Assembly (NCBI GenBank): GCA_044892505.1
Contig: CM097882.1
Coordinates: 547,584,001 to 547,648,000 of the forward strand
Length of the DNA: 64,000 nucleotides
Direction of reading: 5' to 3'
Source of the DNA: Schmidtea nova
Lineage: Eukaryota
Made by a program: the position numbers and the translations under genes. Below the pieces are notes generated by a model. That model did not search any database. It was not told where the DNA came from and saw only the letters and a list, made by a program, of their open reading frames with translations. Each line of letters opens with the position of its first letter. Position 1 is the stretch's first letter. Below, one piece after another: positions 30,179-44,807 of this stretch.

Positions 30179-33100
30179 TTTATTTAAAAATGCAATTGTG
30201 GAAATGGACAAAATAATGATGCAACAAAATAGTGTTGAAAAAGGAAATCAAACAAAAGAAGGAATAGTGGTCGATAAGATGATCACGTTCAATGGTGAGG
30301 AATTGGAAGCAACAAAGGTTGTCGTCACGTATAGAGGAAGAAACCAAACTATCAAAATTGTAATTGATAAATAGAATTTTATTAAAGAAAGTCTTATTGT
30401 TATTTATTTCCTATCCCAAAATTATCTAAATATTAAAAATTCAAAGAAATAATAAAATAAAATAAAATAGTAAATATTAATTTCTGCGAAAAATTAAATT
30501 CGTAGTCCCATAGTTCCTCGAGTAAAATTAATTTCAGTGAAAAAAAATTAGAAGTATCAATTAATTAATTGGATAGTAATGATAAAATATATGACAATAT
30601 ATGTAATTGAGTATAGTAAGAATTACGATACTAATACGCCTGTAGTAGAAGTTCGATAGGACGTCACTCAGGTAATATAAATATGTATAAATATTTAATA
30701 TAATAAATGTATAAAAAAAAAAAAATTTTTTTTTAATTAAATAATCTGATTATAGGGTTTTTAGAATGCAGATCTCGAACTTCGGGATTTGTATTCTCAA
30801 AACCAATTACCCTACCAGCCTGCAGCACAGGCGTAACCAGCTGGTGAGATAATTTAAAATAATTAATAACACCTATGGTAAGTGTAGGTAGCTAAGCGTA
30901 ATAAAGTAAAATATATGTATATATATACAAAATAATAAAATCAGAGTAGTAAACAATTAAAACTATAAAATAAAATAAAGATTAAATTAAATTAAAAAAA
31001 ATTAAATATTTAAAAAGTATCATAAACAAATGCAGGTTTAAATAAAATTAAATAAAATGAAATAATATAAAATTATAAACCAGAGTCAATATAGGATTAA
31101 TAATGGTAATAAATGGTAATGAAATAGCAGGATAGAATTGAAGTAAAATTGAATTGAAATAATAAAATAGAGTAAAATAAATCGTCATCATCATATTATA
31201 TATCATCATTATTATTATCAGTGTTATTATTATTAGTATCATATTACGATTTATTATTATTATTATTATTAGGATTATTATTGTTATTATTATAATTATT
31301 AGTATCATTAACATTATTATCCTCATCATCATAGTATTATCATTAGTACTACAATTGTTTTTTTTTGAGGCAATTGGTATTGTTGGTAGTGTAATGAAAA
31401 AAAAAAAAAATAAATAAATAAATAAATAAATTTAAACAATTGAGAAAACCTTTCTGACGGATTTAATGGATAAATTACCCAAATATTTTCTATCATTTGG
31501 TGAGATTGGAACACTTTGGTTTCTTTGGTCGGAGGATGTCGCATCTATCGATAATTCGGTGGTGTTGCTTTGAGATCATTGATGTTCTTTTCCTGTTCTC
31601 GGTTGTGATGGTGATAGTGGGGTGGTGGTGATTATTACAAAGTATTATAANNNNNNNNNNNNNNNNNNNNNNNNNNNNNNNNNNNNNNNNNNNNNNNNNN
31701 NNNNNNNNNNNNNNNNNNNNNNNNNNNNNNNNNNNNNNNNNNNNNNNNNNNNNNNNNNNNNNNNNNNNNNNNNNNNNNNNNNNNNNNNNNNNNNNNNNNN
31801 NNNNNNNNNNNNNNNNNNNNNNNNNNNNNNNNNNNNNNNNNNNNNNNNNNNNNNNNNNNNNNNNNNNNNNNNNNNNNNNNNNNNNNNNNNNNNNNNNNNN
31901 NNNNNNNNNNNNNNNNNNNNNNNNNNNNNNNNNNTTTATCATTATCATGATTATTATTGTTATTAATTTCATTCTGTTGTTNNNNNNNNNNNNNNNNNNN
32001 NNNNNNNNNNNNNNNNNNNNNNNNNNNNNNNNNNNNNNNNNNNNNNNNNNNNNNNNNNNNNNNNNNNNNNNNNNNNNNNNNNNNNNNNNNNNNNNNNNNN
32101 NNNNNNNNNNNNNNNNNNNNNNNNNNNNNNNNNNNNNNNNNNNNNNNNNNNNNNNNNNNNNNNNNNNNNNNNNNNNNNNNNNNNNCATCATCATCATATT
32201 ATTATTATTATTATTATTGTTATTATTATTATAAATTATTATTAGCCATTATTATTATTAAAATAAAAATATAATATTATTATTATAAATTATTATAAAC
32301 TATTATTATTAAAATATAAATGTTATTATTATTATTTTAGTACTANNNNNNNNNNNNNNNNNNNNNNNNNNNNNNNNNNNNNNNNNNNNNNNNNNNNNNN
32401 NNNNNNNNNNNNNNNNNNNNNNNNNNNNNNNNNNNNNNNNNNNNNNNNNNNNNNNNNNNNNNNNNNNNNNNNNNNNNNNNNNNNNNNNNNNNNNNNNNNN
32501 NNNNNNNNNNNNNNNATTATTGTTACTGTTATTATTATCATTATTATGACCATTATTGTCATCATCATCATATTATTATTATTATTATTGTTATTATTAT
32601 TATAAATTGTTATTAGCCATTATTATTATTAAAATAAAAATATAATATTATTATTATAAATTATTATAAGTAACTCACATTTTGCAGGATGGGCATAAAA
32701 TGAAAATCTTGTAGTGGGAATGAAAACATTCCCGAAGGAATGTCGATTATATAGAATCGACATTCCAACGAAACCAAATTTAAATTGCTATCTGGACAGA
32801 TAGCGGCGAGGCAATTTTTTTGGCAATAAATGCCACAGGCACAGAAAGGAAAAAAAAAAAAAAAATTCCGCTATCTTGACAACTAGTCAGGATAGCGGTG
32901 AAGTACAAACAAAAATGGAAGGCACATAAGTGCCATCAAGATAGCAAAATGAATTAAAAATAAAATTTTTTTATTATAAAGATAACTAAATTAATTAATA
33001 AAATTATTATTANNNNNNNNNNNNNNNNNNNNNNNNNNNNNNNNNNNNNNNNNNNNNNNNNNNNNNNNNNNNNNNNNNNNNNNNNNNNNNNNNNNNNNNN

Positions 33101-33558
33101 NNNNNNNNNNNNNNNNNNNNNNNNNNNNNNNNNNNNNNNNNNNNNNNNNNNNNNNNNNNNNNNNNNNNNNNNNNNNNNNNNNNNNNNNNNNNNNNNNNNN
33201 NNNNNNNNNNNNNNNNNNNNNNNNNNNNNNNNNNNNNNNNNNNNNNNNNNNNNNNNNNNNNNTTATCACTATTGTCAATACTGATGATAAAATTATAGGA
33301 ATTAATTTAAATTTGTAATATTAGTATATTTATTATCACTACGATAATTATCATTATAAAAAAAAATGGGTAGTGCTATTGTTATTACAGTTAGTATGAA
33401 AATTGTTATCCCTATTATCGTAAACTAGTATTTATTTAAAAATAATAAATTAGAATATTATAGAGAAGCGTTTATTGGAAAATAATAGTGGGGGCATTGT
33501 ACGAAAGATAACTTAAGATTTTAATTCGAGGACGAATTTTTTTTAAAGGGGGGAGATA

Positions 33559-34606
33559 TGTTGAGGATACCTAAATTCAAAATAATATAATAAATAAACA
33601 AAATTACTTAGGGGAATTACTTGAGGATACCTAAATTCAAAATAATATAATAAATAAACAAAATTACTTGGGGGAAAATTGTCATGGGGAATGACACGAT
33701 GGATTGGAGCCTGGGAAAGAAAACGGAAGTAAAAAGGAATGAGAAATGAGAAGGGGAAACAAAAGAAAAGAAATCAGACAAGCAAAACGAAATAGAGGTC
33801 AGCACTAATTAACTAGTGCAAATAGGAAGAAATTCTAAAGTTGGGAAAAACAAAAACAACAACAAGAATTTTATCTTGACAACCGGTCAGAGATAATGTG
33901 GGCAAAAAGCAAACAAGCCGAAGCGGCAAAAAGGAGAAAAACAGAGATTATCTTGACAGCTGTCAAAGATAATTCCGTTGCTGAGAAAATGAATGGAAAA
34001 TCATGTTGGAGAAATGTAACAACAGCTGATAATTTCAAGTGCTACAAAGTGAAGAAGTATAAAAGGAGGAAGCACCTAAAAACAAACACAACATTGTATA
34101 CAGAAGTGGTTAGAGAAAATATTTGAGAGAAAGCGTTTGAGAAAATAAAGCTAGTAAAATTCATTAAAAAGGAAGCAGAAAAACGTCCAGAGAAAGTTAA
34201 AGAAGAGTCAAAAGGAGAATCCAATAATTGAAACCAGAAACTAAGGGATAAGCAGCAGGAGCTTATTCAAGCGTTTGAGAAAATAAAGCTAGTAAAATTC
34301 AGAGAGTAAATCCAAGTCAAATAAAGAAAACAACCAGTCAAATTACCAATTGTTATACTCCCCAGCAGTGAGTGATTTCGAACATCGATTATACACTAGT
34401 GCTATTCTTCACTATAGTGTCGTAATAAGCACTGTATAATCAGCTGTAGTTTGAATTTGGTCAGTTCATTGTAAATCGAAGTTATTTGTGATAATCAATA
34501 AAATTTCCTGTTGTCAGTTGTTATTGTGGGTCAATAAAGAGCACGTTTTGGAGTCAGGGTAATAATTTGTTAATTATAAAGTCACCAACGACCCAATAAC
34601 CCAACA
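33559..34606 (+). repeat. LTR3 (1048 bp, shared by copies 2 and 3)
   Basis: PPT upstream, PBS downstream and TGTTG...CAACA termini. Confidence 0.93.
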
Positions 34607-34888
34607 TTATTTGGTGAGCCCGACGTGATCAAACGTTGGTGAGGAGCGATTGAAAAAGTAATTGGGATATATCCGGCGAAATAAAGTGGTGAAGAATTAT
34701 TGAAATAAAATTTATTGAAGAGATAGTGAAAATAATTGTGAGGAAAAGAAAATACTAAACAAAATTGTGAAAAGGTAAATTATTAATTGTTGTAATAAAT
34801 TTGAATTTAGATTTTGCGAAACTTGAGAAAATAATTTATTAAAGTGAGTCGATATAATTTACGAAGCAAAAGTAAAAAGGAACCCATA

Positions 34889-37800
34889 ATGAGTAGTGAA
34901 GATTTGCCAGTATCAGTTATTAAAGAAAATAATGATTTTGCAAGTTGTCAAAAATTACCTGTGGAACAATATGGAGGAGATCCGGTTATTTTTGTAGATT
35001 TTATGAGTGATTACTACATGTATGCAACGGCGTACGGATGGTCTCAAGCGATTATGATTCAGTGATTACCTTTATATCTTAAAGGAGCAGCTAGAGAGGT
35101 TTGGCAACAGATTGATAAAAAATTAATTGGTAATGATTGGGCAAAGTTGAAAGATGCGTTAGCTGCAAAACTTATCGGAGGAGATATCAAAAAATTAATG
35201 CGTCAAAAGTTTTATAGTAGAGTTCAAAATCCAAATGAAACAGTGAGCGAATTTGCGTATCATTTGTCAACCCTCGCAAGTAAATCATTTGAAGAAGACT
35301 CAAAACAACCAGGCCTAGCCCAACAAATGCAAGAATTAATCCAAGACCAATTTTTGTCAGGAATAAACAAAGAAATAAAAACCGCATTATGCTGTGTAGA
35401 TTATGATAATTTTGATGAACTAGTAAAAAAGGCAATGAAAATCGAATTGAATTTGAAGAGCACCAAAAACAAATCTGATGTGTTCGCGATTATTCCAGCT
35501 CAAAGGGAAAGATCAATTACACCAACCCAAAACAATTGGGAGCCAGAAAATAGATTCCAGCGATCAAAAAGTCCATCACCCAAATGGAGAACCGAGTTAA
35601 ATATAAATAGACCAAGCCGTAATTTCCAAGGCGCTGAGAGATCCAGAGTGATCCAGTGTGAAAATTGCAAGAAGATTGGCCATTATGCAAACCAGTGTTG
35701 GTTCAAAAATAATTCCGATAGTACACCCAGAAGAATAACCCAAGATTATCGCACAAACGATAGGGGAACCAATTTTCGGAGAACAGTTCCTGATATAAAA
35801 TCCAATGTTAATGAAGTGCAATGTTATCGCTGCGGTAGAAAAGGACATGTTTCCAGAAATTGTTTTTCAAGATCAAGATCACCCTCAACTTCACCTTCAC
35901 CACAGAGAGACAATGTAAATTTGAACGGACAAATTCAATGCCATTTGTGTAGAAATTATGGACATATTGCAAGATCCTGTCCAAGAAATACGAATAAATT
36001 TCAAAGGCCAATATTAAAGCGAACAATAAGATTTCAAGATGAAAATCCATCGAATGATAATATAGCCTATGTTCAGCAAGATGGTTTTAGAGAAAAGATC
36101 GAAAGCGATGTTAAACAATTGAACCAAAAACTGAATAAATTGATAGCCAAATTTGAATCGGATGAAGAAACAGATACCCACATGATGACGAGGAAAGAGT
36201 TGAGCGAAAGCGAGTCAGAATCAGATAAAGTACAAATCAATAAAGCTAAAGCCGACATACAAAGTGAAAGGAGCACTGTATTTATTGCCAAAATCAGAAA
36301 GTTAGTTGCGGAACCAGACGTAAATTCCCAGAAAATAACAGAATTATTTACGAGGCTAACTAAAATACCTTTAAGTCTGACAAAAATTAAAACTGTTATT
36401 AAACTTTGTGCAGAATGTTATGCAGCAAGTGTGGAAAAACGAGATGTATTCAAAGATTTTATGAGAATATTTGGGCAATATCTACGGAAAAATAAATGGT
36501 TAGATCCTATATTTATCCAAATGAATGCTCCAGATGGTACAAAATCCAACTATAAAATCGATGCATACGAGAAAGTACGCGAGCTAAAAAGAGAAGTAAT
36601 GCACAAGTGTGAAAGTTGGGCGGTGGAACTCAAATTTATGGATCAAGTATTAGAGGATGGCGAATTCTTGGTAGATTATGGATTAATTCCTGGCGGTGAA
36701 AATGAAATGCAAATGACGAATATGATCGCCAAGGAAAAAACAGTAACAAATGACTCTGACGAAATCAGATTTGAACTAATGGAAGCATTGCTTAAAGGAA
36801 ACACAGGTGACATTATTGATAAATTAAACAATATTTTGAATTTAGAACTCAAAGTAGAAGACAAGTTAAAAATTCTAGACTGTGTTAGACCCTATATGAA
36901 TGCGGAAAACGAATATGGTAAAACAATAAAAACTCTTATTCAAAAATTTGGTCAAGAATTCAGGGAAGAAGGGATTTATAATGAGCCATTCGTAGTACTG
37001 TTAAAAATAAATGGTCAAGGAGTAGAATATACGGATGAACATTGGTATACGAAAGTGAATAAAATTCGTCGAAGAACAGCAGAAATCATGGGCAATGATG
37101 GAATAATTGTGCTAACGTATAAAGGTTTTGAGCTAGACGATGATGAATACTTATTTGATTGTGGATGTATGCCACGAAAGCGTAACGAAGATAGATTTCT
37201 TACGGATCAAAATTTTATTAATGATATAATTGCAGTGAAACAAGTGGATACAGATGAAGTAGAAAAAGGTTATAAAATTGAATTACCAGAGTTCGGCAGT
37301 GAAACAATGGATAATGAGGATGAAATATCAGAGGAACAAGAAATGACAGAACATGGAGAGGAACAGGAAACTGAGCAGAGAATTGAGGAAAGTATAATAA
37401 AAACGGAAGTTAAAAATGAAGCGTATATGACAGAAATGGAGATTGATAATATTACGGAGGAAAGACAACGCAAAGATTTATACGAGGTGAGATGTGAAAT
37501 AATACAGAGACTCCAAGGTGAGAGAGGTCAGAAGGAATTAAAAGAGACTGAAAAGGTTGTACGTGCGCTGGCAAATGAATTATATGGCGAAGCAGCAGAG
37601 AAAACACAAGTAGAATTATATGTGAGAAAAATTGCAAAAAAGTTGAAAAAGAGACTTTATGTGGTCTTGAGATATGTAAAAGACAACAAGGAATTCTGTG
37701 ATGATGGAGTGATAACCAATATGATGACAGGAGAAATGGATAGAGATTTAGTATTGACAATTACGAGTTATATTTTGTTAGAAATCGGGACACACGATTA

Positions 37801-40800
37801 TTTAAATATGGAAAAACGAGATGAAGTAATCAAAAAGGCGAGCAAAGTATTGTATAAGCATGTGGGCAAATGGATAAAGGAAATTGGAGGCTGGGAGAAA
37901 TTAGTTAAACAAAAAACAGAATCATCAGTCGAAAAGAGAGAAAGTTACGAAGGAATACCGAGAGGTAAACCTATGAAACTTCCATTTATAATGTTTATGA
38001 TCATAATATTATGTGCGATTACGACGCAAACAACATCTTTAATTGCGTACGATTGTTCTCAAACCAAAATGGGAAAGATTTATTCCATGGTGGACATGAC
38101 AGAATGTTCTGATGCACACCCAATGAGTTTAACAGTTGAAAATGATGTAAAGTATCATGTATACCAAGAATCAGGCTTTAGACATGCGGTAGTAAGAGAG
38201 TGCATTGTAAAGAGAACGAGCTTTGTGTTTTATTGTGGCAAATGGAGTCACACATCACTAATTAAAATGTATTCAATCCCAAGGCCAGTTGATGTAAACC
38301 CAGAAAATTGCATGGCTGCGTTTCAAACAGGGGAAGTGAAAATTAGCCCCGAGGTTAAATTGAAAGCTAAATTAAATCATGCTATACGAGAAACAATTAT
38401 CGAAAAAGGAACAATAAAGGCTAATGGGGATTGTAAAGGAGAACCGTACAAAATGAATGGAGAAATTATTGATCAAATTGTTGTGATGGAAGAGTATTTG
38501 ACGGAATTGAGAGAATTCCAAGGAGCTTTTGATGACGACACAGGCAAGTTACAAACGCATCCATTCTGCAATATGAAGCAGGCTAGCTGTCAAACAGGAG
38601 AATCAATTTTGGTGTACGAAGTTAAGACAAATCTATGTAATTTAATACATTTGAAAACAATGAGTTTTAATGAAATGAGTGGAGAACAGTTGAGAGAAAG
38701 ACCGGAAAATTTGAATGTGGAGGCAAAACCGGACATGACAATCAGAATTACCCCATTGAGAACCAGAAAAACTCCAGTTGTTTTGATGTCAACTTTATTA
38801 GATGACGGTATGAGATTTATTCGAAAAAATGTGGTAAATAAATGTGGTCAAACGGTGTATGAGACCAATTATAAAGGAATTTATGTATCCAAGAAAAGAG
38901 TCGAGGAAGCTCAAGTCCAAATACATAGTACGGATATCAAATTGACAAATTATTTTAATAACAAAATAGACTATTTGTTCCACTACAGTCAAAGTATTAT
39001 GGAAAATATTTATAGAGAAATGATATTAAACGATTGTAAGTTGAATAAAGAAATACTACGGAACAGAATGGCGATGGCAGTCACAAATCCAAACTTGGTA
39101 GCACCTATGTTAATATCAGAAAACGGTGTGTTTGCAAGAGTATTTGGAGAAGCATTGTATAGCTATAAATGCAACGAGATTCCCGTGCAAATTATAAAGT
39201 ACGAGCAATGTACCAATGAATTGCCAGTAAGTGTTAATGGTAAATTGAGATTCATGGAGCCAATAACTCGAATATTGTTGGAAGAAGACGCGAAACCTAA
39301 ACTTTTAAAATGTAACCGATTGCTCGCACCATTATATCGACTAACATCAGATTCGTGGATATCATTACCAGATCATAAAGGAGTAAGAAATCCAGAAAAA
39401 TTAGAATTAACAAAACTTGAATATTTAATAAATTTTACATCATTGGACAAATTAGCACAAACTGGGTTGTATTCTCAAGAAGATGTTGAAGAAGCCCGAA
39501 GAAATCTACTATTTCCATCAAAGAAAGAACGAGTCATTACTGAAATGATTGATACTATATTACCAAGTGGTGAAGGCAAAGTAAATTATGATTATTTACT
39601 AACACCAGATCATTATAAGAAAGCAACGTACAATACGATGAAAAAGATATGGGGGAAATTCATGTTTTTGGGACAAGCATGTGCAGGATTAATTGGAATT
39701 TATGTTATGTTCGTGGTGATTAAAGTGATAATATCTCAAATACTAACTACTCATCAGCTATATGTTATTTCGGGATGGTCCTGGAAACTGATTATCGGAT
39801 GTATTCCATTTCTGGCAAGATTTGTAATTACAAAGCATCAATATAAAGAGATGGGGAAAGTCAAGTCACGACTAAATAATGACGGAAGAGACATTGATTC
39901 GAGTTCGGACAGCGAGAGTGGGAATGGGGGTAAAGTAAAAGTACCTCCAATATATTATTATAAAAACAGTAAAATTAAAATTAATGATATACGAGAAAAA
40001 TCTAAATCTTTGAATTTATTACAATCGGTACCACAAACAAGTGAAACAGACACATTCAGTCGATTATGCATTCCAAAAACTTTTCTACCAACAGCACCAA
40101 TATATCCAGTAGAGAAGTTAAAAGAAATGAGACCAGTTGAAAACATTGAATTGACAAATGAGCAAATCGCACCAACTAGTGCGGAAATTGAAAGGAGAAA
40201 CATGCTGGGATTACCAGGAAATTATGCATTAATGACAATTGGAAACAAAGGAAGACAGCCAAGAATATGGATACAAGTGAATAAACATAGAGTCGAAGCA
40301 TTAATAGATTCAGGCTCAAGCAATACAATATTATCAGATAAATTAATCAATTCAGGGGAAAGAGCACGAATGAAAAGCACAGAAGAAGTTGTACGATCAA
40401 TGACGAAAAATAAATTAAATATCATTGGACAGATCAGAGTAAAACTCAATATTGGAAATAAAGAAATTGTTCATAATGCGCTAATAATGAAAGATAGCCC
40501 AGTAATGTGTTTGGTAGGGATGGATGTGTTGGAGCAATTGGAAGGAGTCTCTCTTGATTTGAAAACCGGAAATCTAATTGTAGGAAAAACAGGAAAAGTT
40601 ATTCATGAAACGGGAGATGTGTTTCTAAATCAAACGTTAAGAGTACCACCTCAGAGTGAAGTTATTTGTTATGTGAATACAATGGGAGTTCCAGACGATG
40701 AATTTATATTTCAACCAAGTGAGAATTTAATTGCCAAATATGATACTCCAATATGCGACGAAGTAGTAAAGTTCAAGATCAATTAATTCCTGTTCGCATC

Positions 40801-43800
40801 ACTAACAATAGCGACAAAGAAGTGTCATTTAAACCAAAAACGAAATTAGGAAAGCTAACAAAAATCCTAAAAATCAATAATAAAAGATTACCAAAAAATA
40901 TTAAAATATACAAAGAACCCCAAGTTGACAGTGCAGAGTTGACGCAAGAGCAAACACAAACATTTACAAAATTGTTGAGAAAATATCAAGATATTTTTGC
41001 GAAACATGAGTATGATTTGGGAGTAACTCATATAATTGAACATGAAATTCCATTAATTGATGAAACTCCAATTAAATTACGACCATACAGAATTCCGTAT
41101 GCGCATCAAGACGAAAGCGATAGACAAATAAAGGCTATGAAAGAATTCCATATTATTAGAGACAGTTTTTCACCATTTTCTTCCTCTATTGTTGTAGTCA
41201 AAAAGAAAGACGGTGAACTGAGATTTTGTATTGACTATCGAAAACTGAATCAAGTGACAAGAAAGGATACGTATCCCATTCCGGTTCCTCAGGAAATGTT
41301 TGACAAAATGGGAGAAGCTCAATATTTTACTGTTATTGATTTAAACAAAGGCTACAATCAATTCAAAGTTAAAGAGACAGATAAAGGGAAAACAGCGTTT
41401 TCAGATGGAAAAGGTTTGTATGAATTTAATGTTTTACCATTTGGTTTAACAGGTGCACCAGCGACATTTCAAAGAGGAATGAATTTTGTGCTGCGAGACA
41501 TTCCACACGCCTTGGTATATATTGATGATATTATAATCTTCTCAGGTAATTTCGAAGAGCACATGAGAGATGTGGAAACAGTATTTAAACGGCTCAGAGA
41601 AGCAAATCTCAAAATTAAACCATCAAAATGTGAATGGGGAAAGTCAGAGGTAGTGTATGTTGGACATATTATTTCACGAAAAGGTCTACAACCAAATCCA
41701 GAAAATGTTAAGAAAATTAAAGATTATCCAACTCCAAAAAATGTTGATGATATTAGACAATTTCTCGGGTTAGCAAGCTATTATAGAAAATTTATTAGAA
41801 ACTTTGCACATGTTGCTCAACCATTAACGATGCTATTAAAGAAAACCACAAAATTCGTGTGGGGCAAAGCTCAGCAGGATATTTTCGAAATACTCAAACA
41901 AAAGTTAATGATGAATCCAATATTACGATGTCCTGATTTCACAAAGACATTTATGTTAATGACGGACGCAAGCGGTTTTGCGTTGGGAGCGGTATTAGGA
42001 CAAAAGGTTGAAGGAGAAAAAGATCATGTAATCGCATATGCTAGTCGATCATTGAAACCACATGAAAAAAACTATTCAACAATCGAAAAAGAAACTCTTG
42101 CTCTAGTATATGGCATAACAACATTTCGACAGTACTTAGTTGGCCGAAAATTCATTGTCTATACAGACCATAATCCATTACAATGGTTAATGAAGCATCG
42201 AGATGCAGCAAGTAAATTAATTAGGTGGTCGTTAGCCTTGCAAGAATATGACTTTGAAATCAAATATCGAACAGGAAAATCAAATGCTAATGCTGATACC
42301 TTGTCTAGAATTCCAAATGAGGAAATTAATAATAACCAGGAAGAAATAAATTTAAGAGATACTGTATTTGCAGTAGTTAAAGCAGCAAATAATATGGCAG
42401 AGCTACAGAGAGATCAAGAAATGGATGAGGAGCTGAAACAAATAATAAAACATACAGTAATAATGAAAAAAGATAAAGAATTGAAACAATTAATCGAGGA
42501 AAAACATAAATATGTTATTCACAGAGGTATATTAAAATATATTAAAAATGATGAATTGTTAATAGTGGTTCCAATAATACATCGAAATACGTTATTATTA
42601 CAGTACCATGACGGGGCATTGGGAGGACATTTGTCAGCAAGAAAAACACTGTCGCGAATAAAACTAAAATATTTCTGGAATACAATGGAGCAGGATGTAA
42701 AGCAATGGTGCAACACTTGCAAAATATGCCTGACTCGAAGAAATACTGGAAAGAAAATAAAGGTTCCTCTAAACCCAATGCCAATACCAGCAGCGCCAAT
42801 GGAATTTTCAGCAATGGATATCATCGGGCCTTTACCCGAGACAACGAATGGAAATAAATACATTTTGGTATTCTGTGATTATTTAACCAAATGGCCAGAA
42901 GCGTTTGCTATGCCAAACCAAAAGGCAGAAACTGTTGCACAAATATTTGTTGAAGAAATCATATTTAGATATGGAGTTCCAAAGAAATTGCTAACAGATC
43001 AAGGGACAAACTTTCAGAGTGATCTGTTTAAATCTATTACAGAATTATTTGGTATATATAAATTGAGCACATCACCATATCATCCACAAACAGATGGGTT
43101 AGTGGAAAGATTTAATGGTACATTAATTAATATGATCTCATCCTATGTGAATCGAAAGCAAAAAGACTGGGATCTGTTCATTAGACCATGCTTATATGCC
43201 TATCGAAATTCAGTAAATGAGAGTACGGGAGAAACGCCCTTTTATCTTATGTACCTAAGACGAAATAATATGCCGATCGATTTAGAGTTCCAATCACCAA
43301 CTTCCCAATATTTAGAGATTCCAAATTATAAAGTTGCTCTGCAAGAACGTTTACAATCCGCTTGGACTCAAGCCGGATTAAAAATAAAATATCGACAGGA
43401 GCAATATAAAGAAAGTTACGATAAAAAAGCGCATGCGCACGGAATGAAAATTGGCGACCTAGTGTATCTAAATAAGCCAGAGCCAACAAAGGGACTCTCA
43501 AAAAATTACAAAGACCATTCAAAGGTCCGTATACAGTCTGTGATGCGACTGCAACAAATCTAAAATTGCGACCAATTAATAACAAAAAAGCAGAAACAAT
43601 TGTAGTTCATGCCAATAGATGTAAGAAAGTGCCTGAACTGGAACATCAGCTACGAAATAAACAAAAGAAAACAAATGATGAAATAGAAATCCGGCAAAAG
43701 TTCCAGAAAAATCCAACTCCATTGAGTTATATGAATAAAGTTTTATTCATAACGACAGTTTTAATAAATATGGTAACGAACACAGTTGGAATAAAAATGG

Positions 43801-44531
43801 ATATACCAGATGCGGTCAATAAATTACCATCTTTAGAGAAAATAGACGTATACTTAACGAAAGTAGTTCTCACTCTTAATCTGTCAATGAACAATTACAA
43901 AAAACCACTTCGTAATAAAGGAATTTATACAAACAATCAATTGTTTGAAAGAAATGTTCAAATTGAGATGATATACTGGAATAAAACGAATCAAGTTCAA
44001 ATTGAAAATTGTGATACTACAATAATTGTTGCATATAAAGCTCAGGTCGAGGGAAAAGTAACTATTATTATAAATAATAAAATTAAGGTGGTATTGAATG
44101 AACACCGAAACAGAGCGAGAGTCAGTACTCAGAACTCAGGAACCGAATCACAAACAAGCAAACTCCTTATAGAAAACCAATGCTGCAAAGGGAAAACCAA
44201 TCCAGACCGATGGCAAACTATTTGCATTAAAGACAGACAGATTTATTTCGTTCTCGATCAACCCTCTAAAGAAACCCTTGATCACAATCTGACTCTACCA
44301 TTAACTCTTTCATGTATAAAAATCGAAAACTTTTCATTAAACTATAAAGAAAATTCATTCACTAACAATTGTGTTGATATGTTCTCTGTATGTATCATAA
44401 GGGCAAGACAAAGAGTGATCTTGCTCGTTTGCTTTATCCTCATTTCACGAACTGACAAAAGAAACAATTCTAATTGTGATTTTCAATATTCTGAGCCGCA
44501 GATATCAATGTGGTTGGAATCAAGGGTGTAG
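34889..44531 (+). pseudogene. Copy 3 polyprotein with a gag nonsense codon (35063), the PR-RT frameshift (~40768) and an integrase C-terminal frameshift (~43502)
   Basis: AGA>TGA at 35063; same G deletion as copy 2; TCAACAAAATTA>TCAAAAAATTA. Confidence 0.85.
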
Positions 44532-44807
44532 TAAGCTACTATTTTGCATGTAATGACAATATACAGTATTATTTCCCTTATATTTCCTTAGTTAATGATT
44601 CTTTAATAGTCAATTGATAATCTTTTGTTGTAAAATATGTTGTTAAAATTTAAATTATATTGATGTAATTTGATTGGTCGAATAATCACACTGTAGGGGG
44701 AGAGAATTTTTGGATATAAAGATGGCGGTTGTTTTCAGAGTTTGACTTGGAAAATCTTTGGAAAAAAAAAAAAAAAAAAAAAGATCAAAATTAAATCTAA
44801 AGGAAGA

